Below, in pieces: positions 48,362-56,975 of a stretch of DNA of 64,000 bases (positions are counted from its first letter, which is position 1; each line of letters opens with the position of its first letter). The stretch comes from an uncultured bacterium (GTDB lineage Bacteria > Arandabacterota > Arandabacteria > JAGLYR01): positions 3,594 to 67,593 of the forward strand of contig CAZSXU010000007.1 of NCBI GenBank assembly GCA_964610505.1. Direction: 5' to 3'. Below the pieces are notes generated by a model that was not told where the DNA came from, searched no databases, and saw only the letters and a program-made list of their open reading frames with translations. Made by a program: the position numbers and the translations under genes.

Positions 48362-48394
48362 GAGCGGCCCTTGCGGGCCGCTCTCGGTGTTTTA
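48362..48394. terminator. Bidirectional intrinsic terminator (9-bp GC stem GAGCGGCCC/GGGCCGCTC flanked by A-run and T-run) after the BMC operon
   Basis: AAAGAAAAC GGAGCGGCCC ttgc GGGCCGCTC TCGGTGTTTT. Confidence 0.6.
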
Positions 48395-48398
48395 GGGC

Positions 48399-48545
48399 CC
48401 CGCAGTGCCGTGAGTCAACCTCGCGAAAATCCGCGCGTCAAGGGAGTTGAAGTCGGCCCGCGAAACCGATCACGAACACTGCAGGGAAACGGGGCGAACC
48501 GTATTCAGTTGTGTCTCTGCAGGGACGCAATCCGTATGCCAGCCG
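48399..48545. repeat. Conserved 145-nt module, copy C (divergent, with indels relative to copies A and B)
   Basis: Shares GCGCGTCAAGG..TTGAAGTCGGCCC.CGAA...CACGAACACTGCAGGGAA...GCGAACC.TATTCA.TTGTG...CAGGG.CGC...TGCCAG with 51125-51270 and 61222-61365. Confidence 0.8.
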
Positions 48546-48913
48546 AAGGGACAATGTGCCGGGGCGCTCGTGTTCGCGGAAATGCATCCCCCGGGACTGG
48601 CACCGGACGGCTTCACGGGGTATTCTTTGCGGTGTGTGGCCTGGATTGACATGAGCTGAGAAGTAGATTCGCGCTCGCATGGAGGGACGCGCTTCGGAGG
48701 AACCGGCGTTTCCTCACTTCCGGGGAGGGGAATCCCCCAGAGAGATGCCCCATGTGGGTGAAATTCCGCAGGTGGAGTAAGCGGTCCCGGCTGAAGCGAG
48801 ATACACGTCGAGCCGGTCGGGGGGGCGCCGGCCACGGCGACTTGGAATGGTTCTCCTTCACCATCCCGCTATGGACCGGGCTTTCCCGGTTCTGAATCTG
48901 CGTCGCGGGCTTC

Positions 48914-50605
48914 TCAACCGGTCGTCCGATCCGGAACCTGAAGCTTGCCGCTCATCCGCACGGCAATCTCTTTGTGAGCGGCCACGCATTCGCCGAGGAT
49001 CCTCGTCGCCTCCGCCTCGGTTTCCCGGACGAACCGGGGATCGTCGATCCCCGGTAGGTTGATCTTCACGTTGTAGTAGGCGCCCTCTGCGGCTGCGCGC
49101 CCGACCGATGCCGCGACGCCGCCGTCGCTGACCGAGCTCTCCATGCCTTGATCGACGACCTTCCCGGCCAGCTCCATGACCGCGGGAACGCGCCTGAGAA
49201 TCGTGAGCGGCACGAGTGTAGCGTTCCGAGTGGCCTCTTGAATGGCCGCCTCTCGAGCCGCCTTCTCGTCGTCTGTCTTCTTGGGCAATCTCCGGGCCGC
49301 CATGAACTGGTTGAAGGCATGCGTGTCCTGGTTGACCAGGGAGAGGAACTCATCCTTGGCGGCCTGCGCCTCCTCTGCAATCGACGCCATCGCGCCTCGA
49401 AGCCGGACGTAGTCTTTGTTGCCGTGCGTGAGATGAGCCACCATCGACGTGAGCGAGGCGGCCAGCGACCCGGCGAGCGCGGCCACGGACCCTCCTCCGG
49501 GCGCGGGAGAATCCGTGGACAGCTCATCCATGAAATCGGAGACGGGCATCACCGTGAGGTTGACGTCGCCCGCGAACTGGTACTCGATGATCTTCTTCTG
49601 CGGTTCGAAAGGAGTGATCTCACTCATTCCCAGGGATCGCACGGCGATCTTGATCAACTCCTTCTCGGGCACGGCCGGGCACTTGCCCTGCTTGTCGAGG
49701 TAGTACCGTCCGGCCATGAGCATGGCCTCCTTGGGAATGAGGCCCACCAGCTCCGATCCCGTGACCCGCAGGCCGCGCTCGTTGGCTTGCCGGCAAACCT
49801 CTTCGAAGGCTGCGTGGGGCGGCGTCACGTGATAGTTGGTCAGGTTCATGGAGACCTGCGCCGTCTCGAAAGTGTCGAGATACCAGCCTCCGGCCTTGCA
49901 GAACTGGAGTGCGCCGGGGACCTTGACGGCTTTGCCGTCCTTGTCCCGGATGATCTTGCCGGCGCCGTCGCGCTTCGCCCGTCCCTGCTCCCGAATGCTC
50001 AGCGCGATGTCGCGCGCCAACCTCGGATCTCTCGTGTTGAGGTTGATGTTATAGGCAATCAGGAACTCCCGGGCGCCGATCACCGTTGCTCCCGAGCGGG
50101 CGTTGAACACGGGCTCTCCATAGTCCGGGGCCCAGTGAGGGTCCTTGAGTTTCTCCGCCAGCCCTTCGTATTCGCCCTGGCGGATGACGGCAAGGTTCTG
50201 CCGATCCGGCTTCTGCGCCGCGTTCTCATAAAGATAAACCGGAATGGACAGATGCTCGCTGACCCTTTCGGCCAGGCGGTGCGCCATTTCTATGCAGTCG
50301 TCCATGGTCACCCCGGTTACGGGAACGAACGGGCAGACGTCGGTAGCCCCCATGCGAGCGTGCTCGCCGTGATGCCTGCTCATGTCGATGAGCTCGGCGG
50401 CCTTCCGGATGGCGTTGAAAGCGGCATCGACGACGCCCTCCGGTGTGCCGATGAACGTAACCACCGTCCGGTGGGTGTCGGGGCCGGGATCGACGTCCAG
50501 CAGTTTGACCCCCGGCGTATCCGCAATGGGTTTCGTGACGGCGTCGATCACCGCTCGATCTCTGCCCTCGCTGAAATTCGGCACGCACTCGACCAGCTTC
50601 AACAT
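48914..50605 (-). CDS. ftcD: Glutamate formimidoyltransferase / formimidoyltetrahydrofolate cyclodeaminase (bifunctional FtcD-like)
   Basis: N-terminus MLKLVECVPNFSEGRD (formiminotransferase) plus a C-terminal cyclodeaminase domain. Start at 50605; the ORF-track extension to 50830 translates the repeat. Confidence 0.85.
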   Translation of the reverse strand: MLKLVECVPNFSEGRDRAVIDAVTKPIADTPGVKLLDVDPGPDTHRTVVTFIGTPEGVVDAAFNAIRKAAELIDMSRHHGEHARMGATDVCPFVPVTGVTMDDCIEMAHRLAERVSEHLSIPVYLYENAAQKPDRQNLAVIRQGEYEGLAEKLKDPHWAPDYGEPVFNARSGATVIGAREFLIAYNINLNTRDPRLARDIALSIREQGRAKRDGAGKIIRDKDGKAVKVPGALQFCKAGGWYLDTFETAQVSMNLTNYHVTPPHAAFEEVCRQANERGLRVTGSELVGLIPKEAMLMAGRYYLDKQGKCPAVPEKELIKIAVRSLGMSEITPFEPQKKIIEYQFAGDVNLTVMPVSDFMDELSTDSPAPGGGSVAALAGSLAASLTSMVAHLTHGNKDYVRLRGAMASIAEEAQAAKDEFLSLVNQDTHAFNQFMAARRLPKKTDDEKAAREAAIQEATRNATLVPLTILRRVPAVMELAGKVVDQGMESSVSDGGVAASVGRAAAEGAYYNVKINLPGIDDPRFVRETEAEATRILGECVAAHKEIAVRMSGKLQVPDRTTG

Positions 50606-50683
50606 GATGGAGATTACCCTCCTGTGCTCTGGAAAACGGCCGGCACGCAGGGAATTCCGAGGCCGGCGCAGGCTCTGCGGAAG

Positions 50684-51124
50684 GAAGAATAGCGCATTGG
50701 ACAAGAATAGACAATAGACAATGAATGGAAATAGAGAGGTCGGCGGGTTGATATAGAGAAGCGGAGAAGCGGACCGCATTGGAGGAGAATAGACAATAGA
50801 CCGAAATGGTGAAGTCGTCAGGTTCTCCACGACGCCTTTTTCCAGGATCTATTGTCTATTTTCTATTGTCTGCTTCACCATTTCTCTGGGGAACCTAAAC
50901 AGAAAATGGGAGCCAAGTGGCTCCCGAGGTCCGAGGGAAGCGAGGAGAGATTTGAGGATTGGAGGAGAATAGACAATAGACCGAAATGGTGAAGTCGTCA
51001 GGTTCTCCACGACGCCTTTTTCCAGGATCTATTGTCTATTTTCTATTGTCTGCTTCACCATTTCTCTGGGGAACCTAAACAAGAACAGGGAGCCTCATTG
51101 GCTCCCTGTTCTTGTTTAGGTTCC
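50684..51124. repeat. Complex intergenic repeat: AATAGAC iterons, a 180-bp unit in two tandem copies (50781-50960 and 50961-51140, 122 nt identical), and a truncated plus an intact long palindrome
   Basis: GGAGGAGAATAGACAATAGACCGAAATGGTGAAG...TCTATTGTCTATTTTCTATTGTCTGCTTCACCATTTC...GGAACCTAAACA is repeated. A related copy lies at 60952-61167. Confidence 0.85.
51070..51124. terminator. Perfect 25-bp-arm palindrome (GGAACCTAAACAAGAACAGGGAGCC tcatt GGCTCCCTGTTCTTGTTTAGGTTCC): GC stem with flanking A- and T-tracts, like a bidirectional terminator
   Basis: Read directly. The sister palindrome at 61168-61221 has different inner-arm bases that are perfectly compensated. Confidence 0.5.
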
Positions 51125-51270
51125 CCGCATGTGCCGTGTCAGAATTCGTGTCAAGCCTGCGCGTCAAGGTTTTTGAAGTCGGCCCACGAATCAGATTCAC
51201 GAACACTGCAGGGAAGTCGGGGGCGAACCATATTCAATTGTGCTCTCTACCTATTGCAGGGCGCGTGCCA
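51125..51270. repeat. Conserved 145-nt module, copy A
   Basis: Near-identical to 61222-61365 over about 120 nt. Not coding: copies differ by frame-breaking indels. Confidence 0.85.
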
Positions 51271-51553
51271 GGAATGCCGGCGTCCGGCCGTGAAGGCCGT
51301 TTGCGGTTTGGGTGAATTCCTCGTTCGCGTTTACAGAGAGAAGTCGGTCGTGAAATGGGCGATTCTTGACTTTCCTCAAACCTGTCGGAACGCCTTCCGG
51401 TGGGGCGCAGGACGCCATCTCCGGGGACGAACGGTATCCGCCGCCGGTGGGAAATGGAAAAAAGGCCCGGAAGAGCCGGGAAAGTGGGGGAGATGACCCG
51501 ACCGGCCACTCTCGGCTGCGAAACCCGCCTCGTGCCTGTTGCGTAGGAGGGCC

Positions 51554-52303
51554 ATGTCTGTTAGTGTGTTGCGCGGCGCGCAAGGAAAGGACGAATACGG
51601 CTTGATACGAACCGTGGATCTCTGCAGGTACTATGGGAGCGGCCCTCAGGAAGTACGGGCGGTGGATCGTGTGAATTTCGCCGTGGAGCAGGGTGGATTC
51701 CTGGGAATCGTGGGGGCCTCCGGATCGGGGAAGTCGACGCTTCTGAATCTCCTGGCGGGGCTGGACTCCCCGACGGCGGGCCGGGTCGAAATCGATGGCA
51801 CGGCGTTGAGCGATCTCACGCGAAGAAACCTTGCAGCCTACCGAGCACGCCGCGTCGGCATCGTTTTCCAGTCTTTCAATCTGATGCCCCATTACACGGC
51901 CGCGGAGAACGTGGAGCTGGCCCTCTACTTCACCGACATCGCCAAAGGGGAACGCCGCTCGCGCTCCCGCGACATCCTGGCCCGCCTGGGGCTCAGGGAT
52001 CGCCTGACGCATCGGCCCGCCGACCTTTCCGGCGGAGAGCAGCAGAGGGTGGCTCTTGCCCGCGCTCTGGTCAAGGAGCCTCACGTTCTCTTCGCGGACG
52101 AACCGACGGGGAACCTGGACCGGAAGAACTCCGAGGACATCGCCGGTCTTCTGACCGAGCTGAATGGGGAGGGGCTCACCATCGTCCTGGCCACCCACGA
52201 CCTCGATATGGCGCGTGTCTGCGCCCACCGCATGGTGCAGATGGAGTACGGGCGGTTGGCGGAAGGCACGGCCGATTCTCAAGGGCCGGGAGACCGTCGA
52301 TGA
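51554..52303 (+). CDS. ABC transporter ATP-binding protein (MacB/LolD type)
   Basis: Walker A GASGSGKST, signature LSGGEQQRVALARAL and Walker B. The start is uncertain; candidates are 51539, 51554 and 51602. Confidence 0.8.
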   Translation: MSVSVLRGAQGKDEYGLIRTVDLCRYYGSGPQEVRAVDRVNFAVEQGGFLGIVGASGSGKSTLLNLLAGLDSPTAGRVEIDGTALSDLTRRNLAAYRARRVGIVFQSFNLMPHYTAAENVELALYFTDIAKGERRSRSRDILARLGLRDRLTHRPADLSGGEQQRVALARALVKEPHVLFADEPTGNLDRKNSEDIAGLLTELNGEGLTIVLATHDLDMARVCAHRMVQMEYGRLAEGTADSQGPGDRR

Positions 52304-53763
52304 ACACGAGGGATCTTCTCTCCATCGCGATCGGCAGTCTTCAGCGGATGAAACTCCGGACTTTCCTCACGGTCTCCGGCGTCATCATCGCCATCGCTGC
52401 TTTCGTGGGCATGTTGTCCTTCGGCGCCGGCATGCAGCAGAGCATATCGAAAGATTTCGACGAGCTGGGACTCCTGTCCACGATCCAGGTCTTCTCCTCA
52501 AGCAACGGCGATGCGTCCGACTCCACCGCCGCTCGGATTCTCGACGATGAAACAGTCGGCCGTCTCGCACAGTTGCCGGGAGTCAACCTGGCGTATCCGC
52601 TCGATGCGTTCCAGGTCACGGTGTCCCTGGCGGACACGCAGGTGAACGTGAGTGCCCAGGCGCTCTCGGGTGCCGCGGCGGGAACGAAATTCTACTCGCG
52701 TCTGGCGGCCGGAACGCCGTTCACTTCCGACGATGCGCGTGAGGCCCTGGTCACGTCGCGGTTGCTCGAGCGGCTGGGACGCGTGGACCCGGATTCCCTG
52801 GTGGGGAAACCGGTGGTTGTTTCGGCCGAGATTGCCAGCCTGGACAGTGGTTTGGTTCACATGTTCCGCGACGCGGACCCCGAAGGCGCCCGACGGCTGA
52901 TGGACGTATTCCTTCCCGGACGCGGCGACCGGAGTGAGGCAAAGGAAATCCTGCAGGCCGAGATGACGAGCGCTCTTCAACGGTTCCTGAACGGTTACAT
53001 GAGAGCGAATGCGGTGGTGACGGACACGCTGATCGTGCGCGGTGTTCTGGATGACCGCATGGGCGGGCCCTGGAGAATTAAGCCGCTTCTGGTTCCGGTA
53101 AGAACAGCTCGACGACTCTCGCCGGGGGATTTTGGCAGCAGTCCTGCGAATCTCTTCGCCTACCTGAACAGCGGTGCGCGCATCGAGCTTGGTGGGGAAG
53201 AGGGGAGCAGGAACTACCCCCATGTGACGCTCAACCTTGATTCGCGTGCGGATCCGAATGTGGTGGCGGACACGCTCGAGGCAATGGGATTCCGCGTGTT
53301 CAGCTATGCCCGCGAGTTTCGCGAAATGCGGAAGTTCTTCCTCTTCTTCGACATGGCACTCGGGGTAGTGGGGTTCATTGCCCTCGTGATTGCCTCCCTT
53401 GGAATCGTCAACACTCTGGTCACCTCGATTGTGGAGCGCAGGCGCGAGATTGGTATTCTCAAATCGCTGGGCGCGGACGAGGGTTACATCCGGGTTCTCT
53501 TCCTTGTGGAATCCGGTACGATCGGCGCGCTGGGTTCCGGCATCGGGATTGTGTTCGGATGGCTGATCACGAGGGTCGCCTCGGTGGCCTCCCGGATCTA
53601 TCTGAATCGCCAGGGGCTCCCGGACATGGACCTCTTTGCCCTGCCGATCTGGCTGATCCTGGTCGGCTTTTTCTTCGGTCTGGGCGTCAGCATTGCGGCC
53701 GGCCTCTATCCGGCTGCTCGGGCCGCCGCAGTCGATCCTGTGGAAGCGCTTCGGAGTGACTAG
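52300..53763 (+). CDS. ABC transporter permease, FtsX/MacB-like (N-terminal TM, large periplasmic domain, three C-terminal TM helices)
   Basis: Topology and FtsX C-terminal motifs. Overlaps the ATPase stop, so the two are co-transcribed. Confidence 0.8.
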   Translation: MNTRDLLSIAIGSLQRMKLRTFLTVSGVIIAIAAFVGMLSFGAGMQQSISKDFDELGLLSTIQVFSSSNGDASDSTAARILDDETVGRLAQLPGVNLAYPLDAFQVTVSLADTQVNVSAQALSGAAAGTKFYSRLAAGTPFTSDDAREALVTSRLLERLGRVDPDSLVGKPVVVSAEIASLDSGLVHMFRDADPEGARRLMDVFLPGRGDRSEAKEILQAEMTSALQRFLNGYMRANAVVTDTLIVRGVLDDRMGGPWRIKPLLVPVRTARRLSPGDFGSSPANLFAYLNSGARIELGGEEGSRNYPHVTLNLDSRADPNVVADTLEAMGFRVFSYAREFREMRKFFLFFDMALGVVGFIALVIASLGIVNTLVTSIVERRREIGILKSLGADEGYIRVLFLVESGTIGALGSGIGIVFGWLITRVASVASRIYLNRQGLPDMDLFALPIWLILVGFFFGLGVSIAAGLYPAARAAAVDPVEALRSD

Positions 53764-53872
53764 AAGATAAGAGACGCAACGCACCAGAGCCCCGATTTGT
53801 TCTGTAATCGTATATGATTATAAGAGGTTAGGAGAGTGAGGGTTTTTTCAGCAATTCGATTTAATCAAATGC

Positions 53873-53901
53873 TTGACTTAATCAATCAATTGATTTATAC
53901 T
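53873..53901 (+). promoter_or_regulatory. Near-consensus sigma70 promoter with an embedded perfect 12-bp palindrome AATCAATTGATT (53884-53895): likely a TetR-family operator
   Basis: TTGACT, 17-nt spacer, TATACT. AT-rich island of about 100 bp directly upstream of the TetR gene and efflux operon. Confidence 0.5.
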
Positions 53902-53954
53902 GGGTGTGTGGGCGTGGATCAGTCAAGGTTGGCCGACCTGCAGGAGGCGGTTCG

Positions 53955-54677
53955 ATGAGCGGCACCCGGCCGGGTGGTCGCAGGCGTAAAGAAGATGAAC
54001 CCGGTGCATTCCGGCGTTTTCTTGAGGGAATCCCTTCTGATCTCGAGGCGCCCCCTTCCGGTAGTCCACCGGGCCGGATTCTCCGGTCCGCCCGGGCACT
54101 GTTCGCCCGTCACGGTTTCGATTCGACAAGCACGCGCGCGATCGCCGAAAAGGCCGGCGTCAATCAGGCGATGATCCATTACTACTTCGGAACCAAGGGG
54201 CGGCTGTATCGGCGAGTGATCTCGCTGGAGATCCTCGACGTCTTTCGCTCCATCTCCGGCGAACTCGAAACGGAAGATCCGCCGGACGCGATCGTGGTGC
54301 GGATTCCGTTGGAGATTATGGGCCAACTCCGCAGTGATCCCGTGCGGCGGAATCTCCTTCGGCGAGAGATCGGCCAGGGCTCGGAGCACGCAGGACAGGC
54401 GGTGATCGCCATGCGTGAGTATGGTCCGCGAGGGTTTCGGAGTTTGCTGACGGCTCTGCTGGAGGCCGGTCAACGTGAGGGTCGATTCCGGTCCCTTCCC
54501 GCGAATGCCGTTCTCCCGTTTCTGCTCAGTGTGGCCTATGGATCGATGATGCTGGAGCCGCTTTTCGAGGTCGTATTGGGCCGGAGTGTCGAGGAAGAAG
54601 ACGTCTGGAACGCGCGCGTGGAGACATTTGAGGCTCTTCTGCGACATGGGCTGCTGGTTGGGGAGAAGGAATCATGA
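53955..54677 (+). CDS. TetR/AcrR family transcriptional regulator
   Basis: N-terminal HTH (RALFARHGFDSTSTRAIAEKAGVNQAMIHYYF). AGGAGG RBS before the ATG at 53955. Confidence 0.85.
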   Translation: MSGTRPGGRRRKEDEPGAFRRFLEGIPSDLEAPPSGSPPGRILRSARALFARHGFDSTSTRAIAEKAGVNQAMIHYYFGTKGRLYRRVISLEILDVFRSISGELETEDPPDAIVVRIPLEIMGQLRSDPVRRNLLRREIGQGSEHAGQAVIAMREYGPRGFRSLLTALLEAGQREGRFRSLPANAVLPFLLSVAYGSMMLEPLFEVVLGRSVEEEDVWNARVETFEALLRHGLLVGEKES

Positions 54678-55996
54678 AAGACATCCGACACCTGAGGTGT
54701 CTCGGCGCCGTACTTCTGTGGTGCGTGGGGTGGGGGGTGGCCGCGGAGGACGGACGAGCCTCCGATGTCTGGACATTGGAGCGCTGTGAACGGGAGGCCC
54801 TGGTCAGGTCCCATGAAGTTGGGGTCGCCGCGTATCGTCTCCAGCAGGCGGAGGCAAGTGCCGACGAAGCCGAGGCCGTCCGGAGGCCGACGCTGTCGGC
54901 CTCCGGCGCCTACACGTACACGAGCGAGACGATGGAACTTGGTCTTCCCGCACTGGGGACGTTCAACCTTCCCACGATTCGTTTCGGTGACGGGAACGTA
55001 TACGACCTCGGCCTGGTCGCGAGCGTTCCCCTTTTCACGGGAGGCGCCCTTCGAAGCAGGGCGCAGGCGGAGCGGGCCGCGTCCCGGGCGGCGCGTCACG
55101 ATCTCGCCGCCGACAGCCTTCAGGTGGTACACGAGGTTCGAACCGCCTACTTCAGAGCCCTTGGGGCCAAGGCGCAGGCGGATGCAGCTCGCGTGGCGGA
55201 GGACCGTCTTCGCCGTCACGTCACAGATCTGGAAGCGGCAATCGAGATCGGTGCCGCGGCGGAAGAAGCTCGTATCCAGGCCCTCTCACGCCTCCGCCAG
55301 GGAGAGCAGAGGCGGTTGCAAGCCGACCTCGGGGCGTCGGTCGAAACGCTGAATCTCGGCAGACTCGTCGGTCGGCCGGGAGAGGAACCGGACCTGCTGG
55401 ACAACCTCAGGCGACCGCTCTTCCTGCACGAGCCGTTCGTGCGGGGAGACAGCGTCGATGGTCGGCCGGAGTTGGCGGCGTTTGACGAGCGAATTCAGCA
55501 GAGCGAGAGGTTGGCCGGGGCAGCGAGGGGGGCGTATTTCCCGACCCTCTCGGCGCAGTTGAGCTACCATCATGCCAAGCCCGGCGTGGATCTGATTGCC
55601 GACGAATGGATGCAATATGCAGCGGCGGGGATTGTCCTCTCGTGGCCGATCTGGGATTGGGGCGCCCGTGCTCAGCGGGTCCGCGGTGCGCGCGTTGCTG
55701 GTCGTGTCCTGGAGGAACAGAGGGCGCTATTGCACGACGCGCTGCGAAACAACCTGGCCGTCGCCCTATCCGCCCTGGCGTCGGCCCGGGAGCAGGCCGC
55801 GAAAGTGGGCGAACGCGCGGAACTCGAACGCCGCCGTCTGGAACTGGTAAAGGGGCGATACAAGAATGCGGCTGCCACGGAGAGCGAACGGCTCGACGCC
55901 GAAGATGATCTGGCCGCGGCAGAGATGGATCTCGCCGCCGCCACGGCGCACGTCCGGTTGGCCGAGGCGGATGTGTTGTACGCCCTTGGACAATAG
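54674..55996 (+). CDS. TolC family outer-membrane efflux protein
   Basis: Signal peptide and two TolC repeat halves. Overlaps the TetR stop. Confidence 0.85.
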   Translation: MKDIRHLRCLGAVLLWCVGWGVAAEDGRASDVWTLERCEREALVRSHEVGVAAYRLQQAEASADEAEAVRRPTLSASGAYTYTSETMELGLPALGTFNLPTIRFGDGNVYDLGLVASVPLFTGGALRSRAQAERAASRAARHDLAADSLQVVHEVRTAYFRALGAKAQADAARVAEDRLRRHVTDLEAAIEIGAAAEEARIQALSRLRQGEQRRLQADLGASVETLNLGRLVGRPGEEPDLLDNLRRPLFLHEPFVRGDSVDGRPELAAFDERIQQSERLAGAARGAYFPTLSAQLSYHHAKPGVDLIADEWMQYAAAGIVLSWPIWDWGARAQRVRGARVAGRVLEEQRALLHDALRNNLAVALSALASAREQAAKVGERAELERRRLELVKGRYKNAAATESERLDAEDDLAAAEMDLAAATAHVRLAEADVLYALGQ

Positions 55997-56039
55997 AGCG
56001 ATGGAGACGAATACAGGGAACGATCTTCTGGACCCATGA

Positions 56040-56969
56040 GTGATGGAGACGAAGATGATGCGCTTACACAGAGTGGGGGGGAGGACGATCTGCCGGTGGA
56101 TCGCTCTATTCCCCTTCGTGATTCTGGTGGCGATCGCCGGTTGCAGAAACGGGCGGAACGGTCCCAATCCGTCCGGAACCCTCGAAACCACCGAGATTGA
56201 TCTCGGTTCACCTCTGGGAGGCCGGGTTCTCGATGTTCGTCCTGGGCTGGGGGATCGTGTGTCGGTGGGGGATACACTGGTTCTCTTCGATGTGGAGCTG
56301 ATCGAGCTCCAGCGGGCGCAGGCCGAGGCCAATCGAAGGAGCATCGAGGTGCAGCGCGATCTGGCCGAGGAAGACCTTCGGCAGGCCGAGCGGAATCTCG
56401 ATCTGGCCGAGACCACTCTCCGTCGTCTCCAATCTCTCCTGGAGCAGGGAAGCACAACCGGGCAGCAGGTCGACGATCTCACGGCGAAGAGGGACGTGGC
56501 TGCGATCCAGGTGTCGGCCGCCAGACAACATCTCGGACTTTTCGAGGCCGAAGAGGCCAAGCTCGTTGCGGCGCTTGCCGTGTTCGATCGTCAGCTGGAA
56601 GACGGGATCCTGGTCTCTCCGGCATCGGGCACGGTCCTTGTCCGGGCCGTGGAGCCCGGGGAGATCGCCCTCCCCGGCGCAACGGCCCTCAGAATCGCGG
56701 ATCTGTCCGAACTGGAACTCCGGGTCTTCCTCTGCGAGGAGAACCTGGATCTTGTACACCTGGGTCAACGGATGCCCGTTCTGGTGGACGCGCTGGAGGG
56801 TGAGGCACTCGAGGGAACGGTGGCCTGGATCAGTGATGAAGCCGAATTCACACCGAAGAACGCACAGACACGAAACGCACGGGCCCAGCTGGTCTACGCC
56901 GTCAAACTCCGAGTTGGGAATCCTGACGGGCGTCTCCACATCGGGATGCCGGCCGAAATTCGGCTCTAA
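56040..56969 (+). CDS. HlyD-family periplasmic adaptor (membrane fusion protein)
   Basis: Lipobox/TM, coiled coil, and a C-terminal HIGMPAEI motif typical of YbhG/EmrA-type adaptors. Confidence 0.8.
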   Translation: MMETKMMRLHRVGGRTICRWIALFPFVILVAIAGCRNGRNGPNPSGTLETTEIDLGSPLGGRVLDVRPGLGDRVSVGDTLVLFDVELIELQRAQAEANRRSIEVQRDLAEEDLRQAERNLDLAETTLRRLQSLLEQGSTTGQQVDDLTAKRDVAAIQVSAARQHLGLFEAEEAKLVAALAVFDRQLEDGILVSPASGTVLVRAVEPGEIALPGATALRIADLSELELRVFLCEENLDLVHLGQRMPVLVDALEGEALEGTVAWISDEAEFTPKNAQTRNARAQLVYAVKLRVGNPDGRLHIGMPAEIRL

Positions 56970-56975
56970 CGCGCG

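Noticed and set aside
50684-51140. Possible CRISPR array (repeated units in a non-coding region)
   Set aside because: The unit is about 180 bp with only two tandem copies, there are no short regular repeat-spacer periods, and no cas genes are nearby. It is better described as a complex MITE- or REP-like repeat.
51112-51315. Short ORFs translating the 145-nt module (51112-51315 +, 61101-61340 +, 61195-61413 +, 48371-48649 +)
   Set aside because: Copies differ by 1- and 2-nt indels that break every reading frame while nucleotide blocks stay conserved, so the selection is not at the protein level.
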